64,000 bases of DNA from Podarcis bocagei (taxonomy: Eukaryota), in NCBI GenBank assembly GCA_964188305.1, contig OZ076896.1; one strand, written 5' to 3'. The position numbers and the translations under genes are program-made. Of this stretch, positions 57,101 to 64,000 are shown one piece after another (position 1 is the stretch's first letter; each line of letters opens with the position of its first letter). Under the pieces are notes generated by a model that saw only the letters and a program-made list of their open reading frames with translations, was not told the DNA's origin and made no database searches.

Positions 57101-60100
57101 ATAAATTTACCAAGTTCTAGTAAGCATTTTTACTAAAGTGGTGAAATCTAATTCATTTTCACCACTTAAATCTCGTCTCACACCCCTTCCTGGTACTGCA
57201 AATCTCTGCAATATCTCAATCTGTTGCCAGGGCAACTGTGTTGACAATGCGAACAGATACTAGCATCCATCTTGTTAGAAGAATGGTGAAAATTTGGTCT
57301 TTCTTCAGAACATGTAACCTGGTAGGATAAAATAGCCAAGGGCTCTCCCTTAGAAAGTTACAGTCCAATTGTATAAAGATGAGAGGACTTATTTCTATTA
57401 CAGAGGTTGTTGTTTACTACTGTTGGTTTTAGAGAACACTGGATTTTAAAAAACCATTAAGGGGCCTTAAATTCTGCATTTTAAAAAGACCTAAAACTTT
57501 ACAAACGAAAAGTTCAGACAGTTCAATTGTAACAAACTACTATGCAAATAAGTAACAACTGCATACATTTGGCAGAATGAGGATTCTGAACTGACACTTC
57601 AAGTCTCAAGTTAAATAATACAAGAATGACAAATGATATTGTAGCTGAATATGCAGCAGCCACAGTCAAGTGTTCAAATCCATGGACACTGAAAACAAAT
57701 TACTACAATTTAATATATTATGTTATTTAGCCAAGATCTTCCAAGTCACATGGTAACCAGCATATACTATACAACCCATCTTTGAACACTGAAGTCATAT
57801 CTACAGTGGTACCCCGCAAGACGAATGCCTCGCAAGACGGAAAACCCGCAAGACGAAAGGGTTTTCTGTTTTGGAGGCGCTTCGCAAGACGAATTTCCCT
57901 ATGGGCTTGCATCGCAAGACGAAAGCCCATAGGGAAATGCTGGCGGTCGGGAGCAAAGACTTTCGCCCACAGCCGGCCTTCAGAAGAGGACCTCTTCTGA
58001 AGGCCGGCGGGGGGCAAAAGTCTTTGCTCCCCCCGCCTGCCTTCCCCCCCCCCGCCTGCCCCGGGCGATCTTAAAATGCTGGCGGGCGGGAGCGAAGCGT
58101 TCGCTGCCGACCCCCAGCATTTTAAAATCTCCCCGGGACAGCAGAGAAGTCGGGAGCATTTTAAAATCTCCCCGTGTCCCGGGGAGATTTTAAAATGCTG
58201 GGGGGCTGCCGACCCCCAGCATTTTAAAATCTCCCCGGGACAGCAGAGACTTCTCTGTCCCGGGGAGATTTTAAAATGCTGGGGGTCGGGAGCATTCGCT
58301 GCCGACCCCCAGCATTTTAAAATCTCCCCCTGTCCCGGGGAGATTTTAAAATGCTGGGGGTCGGGAGCGAAGCGTTCGCTGCCGACCCCCAGCATTTTAA
58401 AACGCTGTTCCGAAGCGAGGGGCGGGAACAGCTGCCCCAGCCGCCCCACTTCGGAACGCTGTTCCGAAGCAGGGGGGGGGAACATCTGCCCCAGCCGCCC
58501 CGCTTCGGAACGCTGTTCTGAAGCGGGGAGGGGGGGCGGGAACAGCTGCCCCAGCCGCCCCACTTCGGAACGCTGTTCCGAAGCGGGGAGGGGGGGCGGG
58601 AACAGCTGCCCCAGCCGCCCCACTTCGGAACGCTGTTCCGAAGCGGGGAGGGGGGGCGGGAACATCTGCCCCAGCCGCCCCACTTCGGAACGCTGTTCCG
58701 AAGCGGGGAGGGGGGGCGGGAACAGCTGCCCCAGCCGCCCCACTTCGGAACGCTGTTCCGAAGCGGGGAGGGGGGCGGGAACAGCTGCCCCAGCCGCCCC
58801 ACTTCGGAACGCTGTTCCGAAGCGGGGAGGGGGGGCGGGAACAGCTGCCCCAGCCGCCCCACTTCGGAACGCTGTTCCGAAGCGGGGAGGGGGGGCGGGA
58901 ACATCTGCCCCAGCCGCCCCACTTCGGAACGCTGTTCCGAAGCGGGGAGGGGGGGCGGGAACATCTGCCCCAGCCGCCCCACTTCGGAACGCTGTTCCGA
59001 AGCGGGGAGGGGGGCGGGAACAGCTGCCCCAGCCGCCCCACTTCGGAACGCTGTTCCGAAGCGGGGAGGGGGGGCGGGAACACCTGCCCCAGCCGCCCCA
59101 CTTCAGAACGCTGTTCCGAAGCGGGGCTGGGGGCGGGAACACCTTCTGAAGGTGGGCAGGGGGCGAAAGTCTTTGTCCCCCCTGCCTGCCTTCCCAGGGG
59201 CTTTTAAATCGCCCCGGACAGCGGAGAAGTCCTCCGCTGTCCGGGGCGATTTTAAAATGCCGCCCGCCAGCATTTTAAGATCGCCTGGACAGCGGAGAAG
59301 TCCTCCGCTGTCCCGGGGTTTTTTAAAATGCTGGGGGTGGGAAGAAAAGCCCTTGTTCCCCCCCCCCCAGCCTTCAGAAGAGGTCCGGGGACAGACCGTC
59401 CCCGGACCTGGTCTGAAGGCGGTTTCCCTAGGAACGCATTAATTGATTTTCAATGCATTCCTATGGGAAACCGTGCATCGCAAGACGAAAAACTCGCAAG
59501 ACGAAGAGACTTGCGGAACGAATTAATTTCGTCTTGCGAGGCACCTCTGTATCTATCTATGTATCTATGTATCTATCTCTCTCTCTCTCTCTATAGATAT
59601 AGATATAGTTGTAAATGTATAGGTAACTGGCTCTATTCAAAGATCACACTATACTACTCTACACACATGGGGAAAAGTACTAACTTTTGAGTAGACATGC
59701 ATAGGATTGCATTGTAATTATGTTTTAGTGTGAAGTGTGAACTAACAAACCACAGTTTGTGATCCACTAGCAAATCAGAAAGCATGGTTTAAAGTGAGTT
59801 TTCAAAAACACCATGGCTCAGTTTGCATGTTAACACTGAAGCAATCTGCAGCTTAAAGCAAACACACATGCAGGGGCTGTCGGAGAATATATTGTTAGTT
59901 CTTTGCTTCTACTGTTGCTGAGCTTCTTTGAGTATGCCATGGTTTGGCTTATGGTGTCATCTGAACCAAGACTTGTTTGACTCCTCCAAACAAACCATGA
60001 TCTGTAAACTGAGAACAACATAGCTGACAGCTTATGGTTTCTCTGGAGCAAGAAAAACTGTAAGGCAAGGTTCAGGCAACACACTTTGCTCAGAGCAATG

Positions 60101-63068
60101 CAAGAACAGGAGGAGAACTAGAGGAAGAAAAAAGCGGCCCCATTCTCCTCTCTCATGCGAAGAGATAGTTTGACCCTATTAGTGTGACCATAAACTGCTT
60201 TATGACAATAAACCAGATATGGCTAAGGCTCCCAGATACAAGACTGCTGAGCAGACAGAAAAGCAAAGCAAACAAGCAGTTCTAAACCACGCTTTCCTGA
60301 CTGTCTGAAAGCCCAAGCCATTGTTTGGGTTCTAAACTACATTTGGAACATGCCATTGCCTGGTGTGATGTCCGAGAAGCGCCACTGTTTTGTGAAGTCA
60401 ATGAAACACCAATCCATAATATTTAACAGTGTTTGCATTTTATTTCCCCAGAGAAGAATGGTGTCTATTTGCAATGGGAAGTTATGAATATTTAGAAGAG
60501 AAAATTTTCTACACTGAAAATTAGAGTAGATCCGGAATATATTCCCCCAAATGGGTGATGTCTGCCACCCTGGCAAGAGACAGGTAAACGCAATTCTCAC
60601 AATATTTAGTGGTGTCCTGTCCTGAAGTGGTTTCCCTTCAGTCGGTGGGATGTTTCAATCCTGTCTTTTAATAAATCTGAATGCACAGCTGTCAACTTTT
60701 CCCTTTTCTTGCGAGAAATCCTATTTGGAATAAGGGAATTTCCCTTAAAAAAGGGAAAAGTTGACAGCCATGCTGAATGTGTTTTTAGCTTTTACTCTGT
60801 TTTAGTTTTGAGCTGGTTTTAATGTATTACTTTTTGTAAACCACTTTGAATTACATTTTGTAAAAAAAATAAAAAAGCAACTATAATAAAAAGAATACCT
60901 GAAATGAAGCTTCATCTCTAAAAGATGGAAAATTTTCTACTATTAGTTGTAGTAATGTCTGGGCACTTTTCCCACTTTTCTTAACGCACGAGAGGAAAGA
61001 GCCTCCAAATTTCTCCAGGAGAACTGTCCCGGTCTCATTCAACACCCGATGTCTCTCCTCGATTAAAGGCATGGGAACCTCTGTGTCCGAGCGAAAGACA
61101 TGTTTCACTTGCTCCAGGGTCATAGTGGCATAATATGAAGCGCTGGTAATGGGTATTCCTTCAGAAAGCAAAAACAAGGAACAGAAACAACCATACAATA
61201 ACAGATGAAGCTCTATTTATTTATATCCCAGCTACAGAATTGCAAAGTTTACCGTTGCTCGCATTATTAAAGCAACTAAACTGTTTACTTCTAAATTGCC
61301 CAGCATCCTGCTCCTGCCAAACAGATGCCCACAGAAAGCCTGAAAACAGAACCTGTGTTAACCTATTATTTAATTTTTTTAAAAAACTTTATTCCCCCCC
61401 TTCAAATTGTGTTCATTGTTGGATGTATTTCTAACTTCAGCTCCAGCTTCTGAAAGCACCTAGCTTTAATCACAATAAATACATAAAAACAATATAAAGC
61501 AGAACTTAACTCTCCTATGCACAGCCGCCGAGGAGGGCGATACACGAGTGGAAGAAGGCTCTAGCATACCCATCCCTTACCAAAGGCACCAAAATATTAA
61601 TTAACCCAACACTTAGGCAGCCTATGCAGCCCCCAGTACTGCATTCAAAATGCCACCTCGTAGAAGGGAGGTGGAATCCCCACTCACAAAAAGTCCCCAC
61701 AGGCTAACAATATTATTTCATTATTTCCAAATGAATCCTCAACCCTACTGAAAGAAATATTGCTTATATTTTGTTTAGATTCACCCTTGATTACAGGAGC
61801 AACTGGTTTTCTGGTGATCTCGTAATAATGGTGATCTAGTAACGAGGATGTTATGTATTGAAGTTCTCACCTTGGCCACCAGGAGTATTGTGTATGTAGT
61901 TTTCACTCAGGTCCACATCAGTTATTTTAGGTGGGAAACCCTGGGTTGTTGTTGCTACAATGTTGACAGCCGGCTGCCTATAAAAGCAGGCCGGCTGAGC
62001 AGTTTGCTGTTCAGTTCTGTGACAGCTTACAAATAAAGAGCTGCTTTGGAATAATCGCTGTGTCGTCTGCTATGTCTACCCACTATTCAACAGAGGAGCT
62101 GCTTTTTCTGTGATCTAGAAAATGAGGCTGTTACCTCTCTCCCACCCGACGAAGCCACTTCCCTTGCACTCTCTGCTAAGTAGGCTTCCCAGAGGCAATC
62201 ACCTCTCTCTTATCAATACTCTGTTCATACCACAAACTATCATTTCTCTTTGGTCTCTCACCTCACTCATTTCTGTCATTCACCAGAGCTCTCCTGTGTC
62301 GGACTGTAGGATTCAGGACAAGGAATTTAAGAATGATAGCTGCTGCCCAATCTCAGCAGCTCCCTAACGTACCAGCCAGTCCAGCCTGCCTCCAGGCTCC
62401 TCAAACTACCTAAAGACCACACAGGCACCAGAAGTGTTCAGGTTTATCCCACAGGTGCAGAGACTGTGAGAGGCAAATCCCGTGACTGGTTAATTCTGGT
62501 CCTTTGGTAATGGAGTTCTGAAGCATGGCAAGTTAGGTATCAAGTGCCCTGCTTATTTAAAATAATGATGAAACTCAGACCTGTGACTCTGGGATCCAAA
62601 CCTAAAGTTGCAGGTGTATGAGTAACACAAAGATTTCAAATGCTGACTTGAATGGAGCTTTGCATTTCCCCCCAAATCAAGGTTATTTGCCCACAAATTC
62701 TCTTCTTTAATTTTGAAAATTAAGAACTAACCCTCATCAAGTGCTCTGTTGATGGCAGCGCAGAGAGACCAGTAACCACTATATGTTTTGCCTTTATACT
62801 TCACCAGACATTTGTGATCTTCACGCTCGGACCAAAAGGAAAAATTGAGGGTATCGGCAAGGAACACCCAGTTCACTGCATCTTCATTTGCCGCTTGAGG
62901 GTTCAGCTCATGAGAAGACTTCCAGCCGGCCACACTGAACTCTTTCTCCAAGACCTTGTCAAATAACATCTCTGCAACTTTCCGTACACCATCATCTTCG
63001 ATGTACACATCTTTACTGTGTTCTGCTATGAATTTGGCAGATTCTTTAGGGTTCAAGAATGGCTCCAT
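54172..63068 (-). CDS. QNG1: Queuosine 5'-phosphate N-glycosylase/hydrolase (queuosine salvage protein, C9orf64/DUF2419), 4 coding exons, 341 aa
   Basis: Exons 62732-63068, 60899-61158, 54903-55098 and 54172-54404 total 1026 nt with phases closing. Motifs [37 protein letters not shown] and C-terminal FHRTRCIYY*. Confidence 0.95.
55518..55652. mobile_element. Palindromic hAT-type MITE with 8-bp TSD
   Basis: TSD CTTTATAC at 55510-55517 and 55653-55660. Same family as 26600-26735. Confidence 0.9.
57802..59551. mobile_element. Expanded family-B Tigger/pogo-like non-autonomous element, 1.75 kb
   Basis: TA-CAGTGGTACCCCGCAAGACG ... CGTCTTGCGAGGCACCTCTG-TA. Ends are shared with the 335-360 bp copies; the interior is made of hairpins and a minisatellite. 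Confidence 0.88.
58401..59141. repeat. About 60-bp GC-rich minisatellite, roughly 12 copies, each with a hairpin
   Basis: Unit CTTCGGAAC-GCT-GTTCCGAAG CGGGGAGGGGGGGCGGGAACA(G/T)CTGCCCCAGCCGCCCCA. Confidence 0.95.
60684..60772. mobile_element. About 90-bp MITE
   Basis: CACAGCTGTCAAC...GTTGACAGCCATG TIRs, flanked by the direct repeat CTGAATG. Confidence 0.8.
61849..62092 (+). mobile_element. Solo LTR with 5-bp TSD
   Basis: TGTT...AACA ends, TSD GAGGA at 61844-61848 and 62093-62097, TATAAAA and AATAAA. Same family as 43495-44110. Confidence 0.88.
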
Positions 63069-63255
63069 GGTCTTCCTATGTATCTATGTAAAGATAATAT
63101 TGCCTGTTAATCTGATCTGGGTGAAATCCAATTATTGTGCAAGCAGAAACACTAATTCTGCTCTCTCTTCTCCCCAAGCACCTCCCAGTCCTTATTCTCC
63201 TCCCCCCATGCCCCCCTCAACCTTCTGTAGCAGATTTGTCAGGCTCACCAATGGC

Positions 63256-63345
63256 CATAGCTGTCAACGTTTCCCTTTTTTAAAGGGAAATTCCCTTATT
63301 CCAAATAGGATTCCCCGCAATAAAAGGGGAAAGTTGACAGCTATG
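63256..63345. mobile_element. About 90-bp MITE, hAT-like
   Basis: Perfect TIRs CATAGCTGTCAAC...GTTGACAGCTATG, flanked by CCAATGGC / CCAAGGGC. Interior is inverted relative to the 60684 copy. Confidence 0.82.
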
Positions 63346-64000
63346 CCAAGGGCCGCTGGTGGCAAGGAGAGGAAAAGGACACTCTGCGTGGAAGTCTCTA
63401 CCACCCTGCACATGGACAGCATTAGATGTCACCCATTGGTCAGTTTTCCATTCAGTAGGCTGTGCATGTGGGCGCTTTTTGCTCTGGTGTCTGTACGTTG
63501 AGTGTAATTGTTTTGGAACATCATAAGCAGAACACAGCACTCCAATCTGAGCTGATTTTGCGGCATATGGACAGTAGGTGTAGGGAAAATGAACAGACTT
63601 GAAGAACAACAAGGGAATGATTTCTGATACTGCATGTAGTCAGTAAAAAAAGCAGCACATGCATTCATTGTTCCATGATTAGGAATGTGTGACTAACAGA
63701 CACAAAGCTTTCCAGCACAAAGACTTTGCACCACTGAGTAGAATATGCATGAATCAGCCCTCATTTATCTAATAAATAAGACCCAAGAGTCTCAAAGGTC
63801 AAGCAAATAACCAGCCAAGCTTCTCCAAGGAAATAGCCTATTATTGCAAGCTCAGCTTGCTGGACTATCTAGTTATTAGCTCGGAGAACAGGAACCAAAG
63901 CAGGGCCTGTGATTTAGAAGGAGGCAGAGAGAAAAGCTCCACAAAAACAGGAAGCAGGTCCCTTCAAAGAAATCCAGGGTCCCCCACAGAGATGCAGCCA

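Noticed and set aside
58401-59141. CRISPR-like array of regularly spaced palindromic repeats
   Set aside because: The sequences between palindromes are near-identical rather than unique spacers, there are no cas genes, the context is a vertebrate intron, and the array lies inside a TIR element. It is a minisatellite.
57727-59149. Long ORFs of 471, 357, 234 and 221 aa
   Set aside because: They are translations of a stop-free 60-bp GC-rich tandem repeat, open in several frames on both strands.

Overview
Vertebrate nuclear DNA, almost certainly from a squamate and probably a lacertid lizard (inferred from Sauria SINEs, Bov-B, CR1 and L2 content). Three spliced protein-coding genes lie in tandem on the minus strand. 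GKAP1 has 10 coding exons (CDS 12493->435, 369 aa), KIF27 has 17 coding exons (48991->20459, 1396 aa) and QNG1/C9orf64 has 4 coding exons (63068->54172, 341 aa). This is the same gene order as human 9q21.32. All exon sets were assembled by hand and their phases close. GKAP1 and KIF27 have CpG-island promoters inside the window, while the QNG1 promoter appears to lie beyond the right edge. Introns are dense with transposons: several TA-flanked Tc1/mariner-superfamily MITE families, hAT MITEs with 8-bp TSDs, solo LTRs with 5-bp TSDs, and LINE/SINE fragments. I found no new protein-coding system. The most notable observations are: (i) 'accordion' MITEs with conserved ends and expanding GC-rich interiors, one holding about 12 copies of a 60-bp hairpin-plus-G-tract unit; (ii) a closely spaced forkhead + RFX X-box motif pair in the KIF27 promoter; (iii) a Bov-B fragment inserted into a KIF27 splice-acceptor region; (iv) inverted MITE pairs bracketing coding exons; and (v) several non-standard splice sites.
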